A stretch of DNA of 64,000 nt from Macrostomum lignano (GCA_002269645.1 NIVC01000269.1:248001-312000), one strand, 5' to 3'; shown: positions 11,383-25,099, numbered from the stretch's first letter. Numbers and translations are program-made. The notes: generated by a model from the letters alone, not told the origin.

Positions 11383-13724
11383 ATGGCCGCAATAGAGCCA
11401 GTGGCCAGTAATGCTGTCAAGTCTGACGGCGTCGACAGCATCGAGACACTCGCCGCGGCAGCTGTCGACGATGTCAACCGTCGCCGTCAAGAAGCCCAGC
11501 GTCGTCAAGCGGAAGCAGATTTCCTTGGCGGCTCGCTGCGCGACTCCGAACGACTTCGAGCTCTGACTGTGAATTCCGGAGCGATCGGACGAGACAATCC
11601 GGCGTTCTCTAGCGAAGGAGGTACCGAGTTCGATTCTCCTCGCGAGCGTAACAGCTACATTGCCGGCGCTGTGGATGACCTTGAGGAGGACGATGTTGGC
11701 GATATTGGCGACTTTCTTAGACAGCTCCGCAGCGAAGATCCCGAAGGTTATTATGACGATGACGAGGGCAGCGGGGAGGACAGACTGGTACCCGACTGGC
11801 TGGCCCAGTTCCTCACATCGCCGCGATTCTCAGCGATCTACGGCCTGGCTAGACGAGTATCCGACGCGGTGAACGCGGCCGTGTTTGGCGACCAGGACGC
11901 TTTTCGTGGCGGCAACGCGTTGACTTGCACGGAGGCGGTGTCGTCAACTGTCTTGCCTGGTGACGACCGCGAACGAATAGAGCTGCTTCGTCTGTTGAAT
12001 GAGCCGCATCTGGTTGCGCTGATGAAGGCGCACGATGGAGCTGCGGCTTGCGCTGTGCCGTTGGAGGACCATCTGCCTGGCGTAGTTAGTGAAAGAGATT
12101 TTAGTTCTGTAATCTGAGTAGCTTGTAGCGTGCTTGGGAAGGCCTGTTGTATAGACTTTCTAGGGGAAATCGCACTTAAATTGATCTGGTCCTTCTCCTT
12201 GCCTCCTCTCCATTTCTCTTCTTATCCTCTCACCACTCTTCTCATTCCTTTCCTCTCTTCTCCCTCTCCCCTCTCCCCTCTCCCCTTCACTCTCCCCTCT
12301 CTCCTCCCCTCTCCCCTCCACTCTCCCCTCCCCCTTCACCCTCCCCCTTCCCTCTCCCTTACCTCTTTCCTCTCTCTACTCCACCCTCTGCTTTCTCCTC
12401 CCCTCTCTTCCTCTCTTCTCCCTCTCCTCTCCTGACAGGATATCGAGCCACTTAATGTTCGCTATTACACATGTATTGCTTTCTTACGTCCCCTATGAGA
12501 AATATCTCCCCCTCCAACCCTAAGCAGGAGGCCCCCAACGAGGCGGAGGCAGCAATCAAGACCAATAACTCGACATCATCATCGCCTCAAGTCTCAGATT
12601 CGCCGTCGAGTTCACCTGACGCATCTCAACGCCGCACTAATAAGCCCAAAGCTCTCGATATCGAGCTGGAAGAGTTCCAACCAAACAACCGTCTGGCAAC
12701 TTCGTCACTGCTAGCTGCAGCAAATATTCACGTGACCGTGACTGCGCCAACCCCAAGTCCTTCGGCGTCGCCCTCTGCTAGATCGGCAGCTTCAACAAGC
12801 GACGATAATAGCGCCGAGGTGCAGTCTCCTCCGGTGCCTAGGGAATCGATGCATTGTCGAACTGAAACCGTAGTGCAAGATGGTGTACAGTTTCGCAGGG
12901 TGACGCTTGTTAAATCTGATTCTCCTCTGGTGAGAGTTGATATTGATTCATACTAAATATTGGATGTGATCGATTGTTATTTGCTAGGATTGTCAAAGTT
13001 TTTTTTCAGAAATCTTTAGGCTCTTGTCAGATACAAGATTTTGTTCTTGTAAGATATCTCCAGCTTCTTGTCAGATATCTTCAGGTTGTTCTCGTCAGAT
13101 ATCTTCAGCTTTTGTCAGAGATCTTCAGGTTCTTGTCAGAGATCGTCAGGTTGTTCTTGTCAGATATCTTCAGGTTCTTATAAGAGACCTTCAGGTTGTT
13201 CTTGTCAGATATCTTCAGATTTTTGTCAGCGACAAAAGATTGTTCTTGTCAGAGAGCTTCAGTTTCTTGTCGGATCTTCAGATTATTGTCAGCGATCTTG
13301 ATGTTATTGTCAGAGACCCTGAGGTTGCTTTTTGTCAGATATCCCCAGGTTATAATGGTTATTGTAAATGATCTTCAGGAATCTCCTTGATTCTGGTCTG
13401 AAATCTCATATTTTCTTGTCAGAAAACTCATTTCATCTAGTCAGATATCCTTTAGTATAGTTTTTTTGTAGCCAAATGCTGGGCATAGATCGACTTTAAT
13501 GTTTAAACCGATTCATCCAGGGCGCCACAGTGAAAAATGTTGGCGACTCGGTCGTAGTCGGTCGCATTGTCTGCGGCGGCCTGCTTGACAGAATCGGCGA
13601 CCTCATTGGCGAGGGTGACGAGCTGATCTCGGTGAATGGCATCGACCTGACTGGGAAGCACGTTAACGAGGTGTACGACCTGCTGGTGAGCCGTTGCTCG
13701 CTTCTCCAGGGTGGAAGGATGGGC

Positions 13725-13787
<63 letters not shown>

Positions 13788-14562
13788 TAGACAGACAGAC
13801 AGACAAATAGACAGACAGACAGACAGACACACAGACAGACAGACACACAGACAGACAGACAGACACACAGACAGACAGACACACAGACAGGCACACAGAC
13901 AGACACACAGACAGACACACAGACAGACACACAGACAGACACACAGACAGACACACAGACAGACAGACACACAGACAGACACACAGACAGACACACAGAC
14001 AGACACACAGACAGACGGACAGACAGACAGACAGACACACAGACAGACAGATAGACAGACACACAGACAGACACACAGACAGACACACAGACAGACACAC
14101 AGACAGACAGACAGACACACAGACAGGCACACAGACAGACACACAGACAGACACACAGACAGACACACAGACAGACAGACACACAGACAGACACACAGAC
14201 AGACACACAGACAGACACACAGACACACAGACAGACAGACACACAGACAGACACACAGACAGACACACAGACAGACGGACAGACAGACAGACAGACACAC
14301 AGACAGACAGATAGACAGACACACAGACAGACACACAGACAGACACACAGACAGACACACAGACAGACAGACAGACACACAGACAGACACACAGACAGAC
14401 ACACAGACAGACAGACACACAGACAGACACACAGACAGACACACAGACAGACACACACACAGACACACGCATAGAAAGACAGTCAGACAGACAGACAGAC
14501 AGACAGACACTAAGACAGACAGACAGACAGACAGACACACAGACAGACAGACAGACAGACAC

Positions 14563-14649
<87 letters not shown>

Positions 14650-17202
14650 CACAGACAGACACTAAGACAGACACACAGACAGACACACAGACACACAGAC
14701 AGACAGACACACAGACAGACACACAGACAGACACACAGACAGACACACAGACACACAGACAGACAGACACACAGACAGACAGACACACAGACAGACACAC
14801 AGACAGACACACACACAGACACACGCATAGAAAGACAGTCAGACAGACACTAAGACAGACAGGCACTCACAGACAGGACAGTCGGTGACGCGGACAGCAA
14901 AACAGACAGCCACACAAACGCACACTGCTGCCGCTCAATTGTCTAGCCCCCCCCCCGAAAAAAAACGTTATTTGCAGCAAAGTCTTTCCGGACGGTTGGT
15001 TTTTCTAACAGTGCCCTGCACAGAGTATCGACCTACAGAGCGAAACAACAACAGCAGTAGCAGCAACAACAATAACAATGTAGAATCCTCAACTGTACTT
15101 CGCGCTCTTTTCACTTACGAGCCGTCTGAGGATCTGTATAATCCCTGTCGCGAAGCAGGATTAGAATTTCAAGTTGGCGATTTAATTCGAGTGCTCAACA
15201 CCAAAGATCCGAACTGGTGGCAGGGAGTGAAGGAGATGGAGGCGGCAACTGGGCTCAGACCTGTGAGTTGTAATTCGTTTAGTACAACAATCCCACTTAA
15301 ATATCCCGGACCCCAATCTTAGCGAGAATTCCTGATCCCAATTCCAGCGAGGATCTCTGATCCCAAGCCCAGCAAGAATCCCTGATCCCAATTCCAGCAA
15401 GGATCCCTCATCCCAATCCCAGAAAGAATCCCTGATCCCAATCTTTTTCGAGGATCCCTGACCCCAATCCCAGACAAATCCAAAATCCCTCATCCCAATC
15501 TCAGCCAAATCCAGAATCTTTGATCCAAATCCCAGCAAGGATCCCTCATCCCAATCTCAGCCAAATCCAGAATCCCTTATCTCAGCCCAAATGCATACTG
15601 ATATGGAGTTAATAAATGCGTGTAATTCTTGGTCACATGAACGCATAGGATAGCAAAGCCGAGTGTACCCACTTGCCAGAGCAAGGCCAATGCTTAAAAG
15701 CTTTGAAAGTAACCCAAATTCCACTCTGTTTGCATTGCTAATTAGTTTTCTTATTATATTAAAGAGGCACCCCAAAGTCTTACTAACAGATTACATTACA
15801 GTCAAGTTTAATGTTAATTAACTCAACATTATGCTCGTATATTGCTATACTGTAACATTGTGTTACCTGATTATGCAAAAAACGTGCTTTTAGTCTTCAA
15901 TGACTAAATCTTGGTATTTTTAATGACTCAAAGCGACCTGAAATGAGCTAAATGATCTAAAGTAATCCTGAATGTCCCAAAATAATCCAGAATGACCCGA
16001 AGTAATTCTCAATGACTCAAAATGATCATAAACTACTTAAAGTGATCTTGAATGACCCAAGAGGATCCCAGATGACTCAAAATTATCCCGAATGACTCAA
16101 AAGTTATCCCGAATGACTCAAAATCATCCCTAATGACTCAAAATCATCCCTAATGACTCAAAATCATCCCTAATGACTCAAAATCATCCCTAATGACTCA
16201 AAATCATCCCGAATGACTCAAAAGTTATCCCGAATGACTCAAAATCATCCCTAATGACTCAAAATCATCCCAGATGACTCAAAATTATCCCGAATGACTC
16301 AAAAGTTATCCCGAATGACTCAAAATCATCCCTAATGACTCAAAATCATCCCTAATGACTCAAAATCATCCCTAATGACTCAAAATCATTCCGAATAACT
16401 CAAAATGACCAAAAATAATCTCAAACGAGTCTTAAAATGATCGCAAACCACTCATATGACCTAAAAAGATCCCGAATGATCCAAAGCAGCGGCAGGAGTC
16501 GGCCAGAAGCCTGGCCGGCATTTTTCCGTCGCCGGATTTTCAACGCCGACGGCAACTGATGCTGTCGATGGCGGCGGCCAACGCAGCCGAGGCAACAGTG
16601 GATGCCAGCTCGAGCAGCTGCTGCTGGCGCTGTCAAAGATGCTTGCCATTGAAACGATTCGGCATCCGAGCTGGACGTCGTCGTCAAGATAACCGGTACG
16701 CGCCCGCCGACTTATCCGCTAGATCGTCGGGCTCGTCGTCGACGTCTGGAGAGTCCGACACGGAGGCTGACGTCGTCATTGATGACGGAGGCGGTCGTAA
16801 TGGCAGTTAGTGTGGGTCTTGTGTTTCTTTAAATTAAAACTAAAGAGGTGGCGAGGCATTTGCTACTATAAACGAAATTTTATTTACTCTGGCCGTTTAC
16901 CCAGTTAGTCTAACAATCAATTCGCAGGCAACAGTCGAAAGCGGCATCGCGTCGGATCGTCGCGTCGTCAAAAACGGCGGCACAGAAGAAGATTTTTTGA
17001 GCCGCAGGCGCTGCTGCAGCCGCAGCCGTTCCGGCGACGGCCACTCGTACTGGTTGGACCTCCCGGAGTTGGGCGACACGAACTGCGGGTTCGTCTGATC
17101 GAGTCCGACCCGGCCAGGTTCGCTCCTGCTCTGCTGCACACCACACGGCAGCGGCGCCAGGATGAGACTGACGGCATCGACTTTGAGTTCACTACTAGAC
17201 AG

Positions 17203-17300
<98 letters not shown>

Positions 17301-17405
17301 CAGTTAGTTAGTCAGTCAGTTAGTTAATTAGTTAGTTAGTTAGTTAGTTAGTCAGTCAGTTAGTTAATTAGTTAGTTAGTTAGTTAGTTAGTCAGTTAGT
17401 TAGTC

Positions 17406-17452
<47 letters not shown>

Positions 17453-17517
17453 CAGTTAGTTAGTCAGTTAGTTAGTTAGTTAGTTAGTTGGTCAGTTAGT
17501 TAGTTAGTTAGTTAGTC

Positions 17518-17556
<39 letters not shown>

Positions 17557-17629
17557 CAGTTAGTTAGTTAGTCAGTTAGTTAGTTAGTCAGTTAGTTAGT
17601 TAGTTAGTTAGTCAGTTAGCTAGTTAGTC

Positions 17630-17668
<39 letters not shown>

Positions 17669-17669
17669 C

Positions 17670-17704
<35 letters not shown>

Positions 17705-18957
17705 CAGTTAGTTAGTTAGTTAGTTAGTCAGTTAGTTAGTTAGTCAGTTAGTTAGTCAGTTACTTACTTAGCCAGCTCCCCCTGCCACTCCGCAGGAGTT
17801 TCAGCGCCGCATTCGGGAAGGCGGCCACTTCCTGGAGACGGGCCAGTTCAACGGCGATCTGTACGGCATCAGCGTGGCGAATGTGATCAGCGTGGTGGAG
17901 TCTGGCTCGGTGTGCGTGCTCACCATGCAGCCGGCCGGACTCAGGGCCATTCGGCGACACCCGGCAAGGCTGATGCCCTACTCAGTTTTTGTCAGTCCGC
18001 CGCCAAGTTTAAATGGACTGCGCGCTCTGCGACGAAAATTGTCCCCCAGTGGCGCCGAAGTGGCGCCTGAGGATAGCGTGAGTGAATGTTCTATTACCGA
18101 TTGGAAGCTGAAACTCTAGGGTCTGGAGTCTCACGGTGAGATTAAGGTGTGCTATCTCAGGGTGAGATTCTAAGGTGTGGTATCTCAGGGTGAGATTCTA
18201 AGGTGTGGTATCTCCGGGTGAGATTCCAAGGTGTGGTATCTCAGGGTGAGATTCTAAGGTGTGGTATCTCAGGGTGAGATTCTAAGGTGTGCTATCTCAG
18301 GGTGAGATTCCAAGGTGTGGTATCTCAGGGTGAGATTCTAAGGTGTGGTATCTCCGGGTGAGATTCCAAGGTGTGGTATCTCAGGGTGAGATTCTAAGGT
18401 GTGGTATCTCAGGGGGAGATTCTAAGGTGTGGTATCTCAGGGTGAGATTCTAAGGTGTGGTATCTCAGAGTGAGATTCCAAGGTGTAGTATCTAAGGGTG
18501 AGATTTAAAGGTGTCATGTTTCAGTGTGAAATTCTCAGGGTGAAATTCAAATGTGTGGTATTTAAAGGTAAGATTCTCGTGTCTCGTGAATTTTCTTGTA
18601 CATGTATGTGAGACTTCAGATTTGTTGAGACTTCCTATAGCTGAGTTGAGGTGAAATTTGCAGTAATAAGAGGTGAGCTTTCGGACTTAGCAGGGGTTGT
18701 CCTAACTTTTTTTATCTTTCAAGGACGCCGATTTGCACAAACTGATCGACCTGAGCCGCCGCATGGAGGAGTCCTGCGGTCATCTGGTCGACCGAGTGTT
18801 GGTCAACACCGATTTGAGCGCCTCGGTTGCCCAGCTGGTTGGCATGGTAACCCGTCTTGAACGGGAGCCGCAGTGGGTTCCAGCGTCTTGGATGCAGCCT
18901 CCGGCGGCTGCCGCTGCTCGACTGGCTGGTAGCGAGATTGCTGACACAGCCTGCTGA
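11383..18957 (+). CDS. MPP5: MAGUK p55 subfamily, PALS1/MPP5/stardust-like (L27-L27-PDZ-SH3-GK), 8 predicted exons
   Basis: Predicted exons: 11383-~12084, ~12528-12929, 13521-13685, 14978-15262, ~16487-16805, 16928-17202, 17796-18077 and 18724-18957, all phase-consistent. Domain motifs: L27 ([19 protein letters not shown]), PDZ ([40 protein letters not shown]), SH3 ([38 protein letters not shown]), GK ([31 protein letters not shown]). Confidence 0.92.
12190..12435. repeat. CT-rich low-complexity tract (MAGUK intron 1)
   Basis: Direct reading. Confidence 0.9.
13020..13345. repeat. Degenerate 21-24 bp repeat (TTCTTGTCAGATATCTTCAGG), MAGUK intron 2
   Basis: Direct reading. Confidence 0.8.
13725..14875. 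repeat. (GACA)n/(GACACACA) microsatellite, MAGUK intron 3
   Basis: Direct reading. An internal duplication is marked by ACACGCATAGAAAGACAGTC at ~14465 and ~14821. Confidence 0.97.
15320..15590. repeat. Degenerate ATCCCTGATCCCAAT repeat, MAGUK intron 4
   Basis: Direct reading. Confidence 0.8.
15920..16410. repeat. 20-21 bp repeat (AATGACTCAAAATCATCCCT), each unit carrying TGACTCA
   Basis: 18 TGACTCA copies counted between 15924 and 16381. Confidence 0.9.
17203..17770. repeat. (GTTA)n/(TTAG)n microsatellite starting exactly at a 5' splice site
   Basis: Sequence reads ACTAGACAG|GTTAGTTAGTTAG. Confidence 0.97.
18135..18500. repeat. 28 bp minisatellite (TATCTCAGGGTGAGATTCTAAGGTGTGG), MAGUK intron 7
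   Basis: Direct reading. Confidence 0.92.
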
Positions 18958-19002
18958 AATTTCGGAATGCCCTGGATTCTCCTTGACCCCTGTTCGACTT
19001 AG

Positions 19003-22000
19003 ATCTAGGCCCTGCTGCCATAGATCTAGGCCCTGCTGCCATAAATCTAGGCCCTGCTGCCATAAATCTAGGCCCTGCTGCCATAGATCTAGGCCCTGCT
19101 GCCATAGATCTAGGCCCTGCTGCCATAGATCTAGGCCCTGCTGCCATAGATCTAGACCCTGATGCTATAGATCTAGACACTTCGATTATTGAGATCTAGA
19201 CACTGATTATTGAGATCTAGACACCGATTATTGAGATCTAGACACCGATTATTTAAATCTAGACACCGATTTTAAATCTAGACACCGATTATTGAGATCT
19301 AGACACCGATTATTGAGATCTAAACACCGATTATTGAGATCTAGACACTGATTATTGAGATCTAGACACTGTTTTATTGAGATCTAGACACCGATTATTG
19401 AGATGTAGACACTGATTATTGAGATCTAGACACTTCGATTATTGAGATCTAGACATCGATTATTGATATCTAAACACCGATAATTGAGATCTAGGCACCG
19501 ATTATTGAGATCTAAACACCGATAATATAGATCTAAACACCGATAATTGAGATCTAGACACCGATTATTGAGATCTAGACACTGATTATTGAGATCTAGA
19601 CACCGATTATTGAGATCTAGACACCGATTATTGAGATCTAGACACCGATTATTGAGATCTAGACACCGATTATTGAAATCTAGACACCGATTATTGAGAT
19701 CTAGACACCGATTATTGAGATCTAAACACCGATTATTGAGATCTAGACACCGATTAATGAGATCTCGACACCGATTATTGAGATCTAGACACCGATTATT
19801 GAGATCTAGACACCGATATTTAAGATTTAGGCACCGATTATTGAGATCTAGACACCGATTACTGAGATATAGACACTGTTTTATTGAGATCTAGACACCG
19901 ATTAATGAGATCTAGACACCGATTATTGAGATCTAGACACTGTTTTATTGAGATCTAGACACCGATTATTGAGATCTAGACACCGATTATTGAGATCTAG
20001 ACACCGATTATTGAGATCTAAACACCGATATTTAAGATTTAGGCACCAATTATTGAGATCTAGACACCGATTATTGAGATCTAGACACCGATTATTGAGA
20101 TCTAGACACTGATTATTGAGATCTAGACATCGATTAATGAGATCTAGACACCGATTAATGAGATCTAGACACTGTTTTGTTGAGATCTAGACACCGATTA
20201 TTGAGATCTAGACACCGATTATTGAGATCTAGACACTGTTTTATTGAAATCTAGACACCGATTATTGAGATATAGACACCGATTATTGAGATCTAGACAC
20301 TGTTTTATTGAGATCTAGACACCGATTATTGAGATCTAGACACCGATTATTGAGATCTAGACACTGTTTTATTGAGATCTAGACACCGATTATTGAGATC
20401 TAGACACCGATTATTGAGATCTAGACACCGATTATTGAGATCTAAACACCGATATTTAAGATTTAGGCACCAATTATTGAGATCTAGACACCGATTATTG
20501 AGATCTAGACACCGATTATTGAGATCTAGACACTGATTATTGAGATCTAGACATCGATTAATGAGATCTAGACACCGATTAATGAGATCTAGACACTGTT
20601 TTATTGAGATCTAGACACTGATTATTGAGATCTAGACACCGATTATTGAGATCTAGACACCGATTATTTAAATCTAGACACCGATTATTGAGATCTAGAC
20701 ACCGATTATTGAGATCTAAACACCGATTATTGAGATCTAGACACTGATTATTGAGATCTAGACACTGTTTTATTGAGATCTAGACACCGATTATTGAGAT
20801 GTAGACACTGATTATTGAGATCTAGACACTTCGATTATTGAGATCTAGACATCGATTATTGATATCTAAACACCGATAATTGAGATCTAGGCACCGATTA
20901 TTGAGATCTAAACACCGATAATATAGATCTAAACACCGATAATTGAGATCTAGACACCGATAATTTAGATCTAGACACCGATTATTGAGATCTAGACACC
21001 GATTATTGAGATCTAAACACCGATTATTGAGATCTAGACACTGATTATTGAGATCTAGACACCGATTATTGAAATCTAGACACCGATTATTGAGATCTAG
21101 ACACCGATTATTGAGATCTAAACACCGATTATTGAGATCTAGACACTGATTATTGAAATCTAGACACTGATTATTGAGATCTAGACACCGATTATTGAGA
21201 TCTAGACACCGATATTTAAGATTTAGGCACCGATTATTGAGATCTAGACACCGATTACTGAGATATAGACACTGTTTTATTGAGATCTAGACACCGATTA
21301 ATGAGATCTAGACACCGATTATTGAGATCTAGACACTGTTTTATTGAGATCTAGACACCGATTATTGAGATCTAGACACCGATTATTGAGATCTAGACAC
21401 CGATTATTGAGATCTAAACACCGATATTTAAGATTTAGGCACCAATTATTGAGATCTAGACACCGATTATTGAGATCTAGACACCGATTATTGAGATCTA
21501 GACACTGATTATTGAGATCTAGACATCGATTAATGAGATCTAGACACCGATTAATGAGATCTAGACACTGTTTTGTTGAGATCTAGACACCGATTATTGA
21601 GATCTAGACACCGATTATTGAGATCTAGACACTGTTTTATTGAAATCTAGACACCGATTATTGAGATATAGACACCGATTATTGAGATCTAGACACTGTT
21701 TTATTGAGATCTAGACACCGATTATTGAGATCTAGACACCGATTATTGAGATCTAGACACTGATTATTGAGATCTAGACATCGATTAATGAGATCTAGAC
21801 ACCGATTAATGAGATCTAGACACTGTTTTATTGAGATCTAGACACCGATTATTGAGATCTAGACACTGATTATTGAGATCTAGACATCGATTAATGAGAT
21901 CTAGACACCGATTAATGAGATCTAGACACTGTTTTATTGAGATCTAGACACTGATTATTGAGATCTAGACACCGATTATTGAGATCTAGACACCGATTAT

Positions 22001-22680
22001 TTAAATCTAGACACCGATTATTGAGATCTAGACACCGATTATTGAGATCTAAACACCGATTATTGAGATCTAGACACTGATTATTGAGATCTAGACACTG
22101 TTTTATTGAGATCTAGACACCGATTATTGAGATGTAGACACTGATTATTGAGATCTAGACACTTCGATTATTGAGATCTAGACATCGATTATTGATATCT
22201 AAACACCGATAATTGAGATCTAGGCACCGATTATTGAGATCTAAACACCGATAATATAGATCTAAACACCGATAATTGAGATCTAGACACCGATAATTTA
22301 GATCTAGACACCGATTATTGAGATCTAGACACCGATTATTGAGATCTAAACACCGATTATTGAGATCTAGACACTGATTATTGAGATCTAGACACCGATT
22401 ATTGAAATCTAGACACCGATTATTGAGATCTAGACACCGATTATTGAGATCTAAACACCGATTATTGAGATCTAGACACTGATTATTGAAATCTAGACAC
22501 TGATTATTGAGATCTAGACACTTCGATTATTGAGATCTAGACACTTCGATTATTGAGATCTAGACATCGATTATTGATATCTAAAAACCGATAATTGAGA
22601 TCTAGGCACCGATTATTGAGATCTAAACACCTATAATATAGATCTAAACACCGATTATTGAGACCTAGACACCGATATAG
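19003..22680. repeat. Two abutting 21 bp satellites: AGATCTAGGCCCTGCTGCCAT (~19003-19170), then AGATCTAGACACCGATTATTG (~19170-22680) with higher-order structure
   Basis: Direct reading. Diagnostic variant blocks recur. Confidence 0.96.
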
Positions 22681-23399
22681 AGTATGAGATCCAGATTTCT
22701 AACCCCACAAAATGAGTCCTTTTTCAAGTTGAACTAATTCACATATTTTCTATAGTGCACATGTATTTCCAAATTCCAACCCAGTTTTACTATTAATCTG
22801 AGTTAAGTTCGATACAGTTTTAATCTTAGTTTTTTTATTAATGTAGCACACATTCCAACCGCGTAGTTTTCGAATTTGCATTCCCAGCGTACTTAAAACA
22901 ATAAAAGTCATTTATTAAACGTACTTATGCACCTGTTGCAGCTAATCTTGATCTCTGCGTTCTACTCGTTATAATAAACTTTTTTATGCGTATCTCTCTC
23001 TTACTACTTAGTTTTGTTAACTTAGTAGGCGCAAAAGGAAATTTGTAGTAAATATTGTTGTGCTGAAAAAAATATTTGTGCCATATCTATTGTTATTATG
23101 GTTTATCTGAGAAGTTACTATTATTTACGACATGGATTGTTTCGATTAATTGATTTTTTATGCACAGCTTTGAATCTCAGCATAGGAGTGGAGTTCTAAT
23201 CTCAACTCTGATTTGTGTCTTAGTGTATCTCATCTCAACTGGATCTGCATGTAATCATACCGCCTTTCTAATCCGCCTTGCATACATGTACGTCCATATT
23301 CTGTGATCAGCATATCCTTTCCTGACTAATCTCAGCCCCTTTACTTGTCTCATCTCACATCTCTTTCTGTCTAATTTCACCCCTTAATTTATCTGTCTA

Positions 23400-24520
23400 A
23401 TCTCATTCCTCTATCTAATATCACCCTTATCTAGTCTCAGCCCTCTACGGCCTGTCCGATCTCACCCTTTTATCTGTCTAATCTCATCTATCTATTTGTC
23501 TAATCTCATCCCCCGATCTGTCTAATCTCTATTATCTAATCTCACCCTTTTATCTGTCCAATCTCACTATTATCTAATCCCACCCTTTTATCTGTCCAAT
23601 TTCACTATTATCTAATCTCACCCTTTTATCTGTCCAATCTCACTATTAGCTAATCTCACCGTTCTATCTGTCCAATCTCACTATTATCAAATCTCACCCT
23701 TTTATCTGTCCAATTTCACTATTATCTAATCTCACCCTTTTATCTGTCCAATCTCACTATTAGCTAATCTCACCGTTCTATCTGTCCAATCTCACTATTA
23801 TCTAATCTCACCCTTTTATCTGTCCAATCTCACTATTAGCTAATCTCACCGTTCTATCTGTCCAATCTCACTATTATCTAATCTCACCGTTCTATCTGTC
23901 CAATCTCACTATTATCTAATCTCACCGTTCTATCTGTCCAATCTCACTATTATCTAATCTCACCGTTCTATCTGTCCAATCTCACTATTATCTAATCTCA
24001 CCGTTCTATCTGTCCAATCTCACTATTATCTAATCTCACCTTTCTATCCGTCTAATCTCATCCTTCTATATCTGTCTAATCTCATCCTTCTATCTATCCA
24101 ATCTCACTATTATCTAATCTCACCCTTTTATCTGTCCAATCTCACTATTAGCTAATCTCACCGTTCTATCTGTCCAATCTCACTATTATCTAATCTCACC
24201 GTTCTATCTGTCCAATTTCACTATTATCTAATCTCACCGTTCTATCTGTCCAATCTCACTATTATCTAATCTCACCTTTCTATCCGTCTAATCTCATCCT
24301 TCTATATCTGTCTAATCTCATCCTTCTATCTATCCAATCTCACCATTATCTAATCTCACCCTTCTATCTATCCAATCTCACTATTATCTAATCTCACCGT
24401 TCTATCTGTCCAATCTCACTATTATCTAATCTCACCGTTCTATCTGTCCAATCTCATCCTTCTATATCTGTCTAATCTCATCCTTCTATCTATCCAATCT
24501 CACCCTTATCTAATCTCACT
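23400..24520. repeat. ~38 bp minisatellite (CTATCTGTCCAATCTCACTATTATCTAATCTCACCGTT)
   Basis: Direct reading. Confidence 0.93.
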
Positions 24521-25099
24521 CCTCTACTGTTTTTGCGTACATTTATCTAATCTCCTCAATTTTCGATCTATTTGATCTCAGCTCCTCTCCTACTCGTTAT
24601 TCAATTTTATAACTTGCTCAAATTGTAACTTTTGATTGTGCCATTTGTTTATTAATTTACTGTTTAAATGAGTCAAATTTGTTCCTATGATAGTAGCTCG
24701 TACTTGATGCGGTAATTATGCAATAAATGTCGGTGTACTATAATTAGAAATCGATATTAATATTATATTTTTGTTGGTGTTGTTCTTATTGAAATACCCT
24801 TTTTTCACCGCCTTTATTACTACATAACGATTTTAAGTTGCAATTCATGTATTTTTGAGGATTGTGCAATAGTTCAAGTGTAATTTATTATCACCTTGCC
24901 TCAATTATACCACTGGCTGTGCCATCCTTTAATTTAACTTGCTCAGCTAATTATCATTTTGAAGGCGTTGCGTTTGTGTCAATTATACCTTAGAGCAGGA
25001 GCTTATATTTTAATTGGCGTATAGTTACATGTAGATGTATGCCAATTAAATAAATAATTGTTGTTTCCTATCTCTGTTCAATTATTTTGATATCATCGC

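Noticed and set aside
13496-14866. CLSV/QTDR ORFs up to 441 aa
   Set aside because: These are translations of the (GACA)n microsatellite. Only 13521-13685 is a real PDZ exon.
17203-17770. Telomeric repeat
   Set aside because: The unit is TTAG rather than TTAGGG or TTAGG, and the array is intronic.
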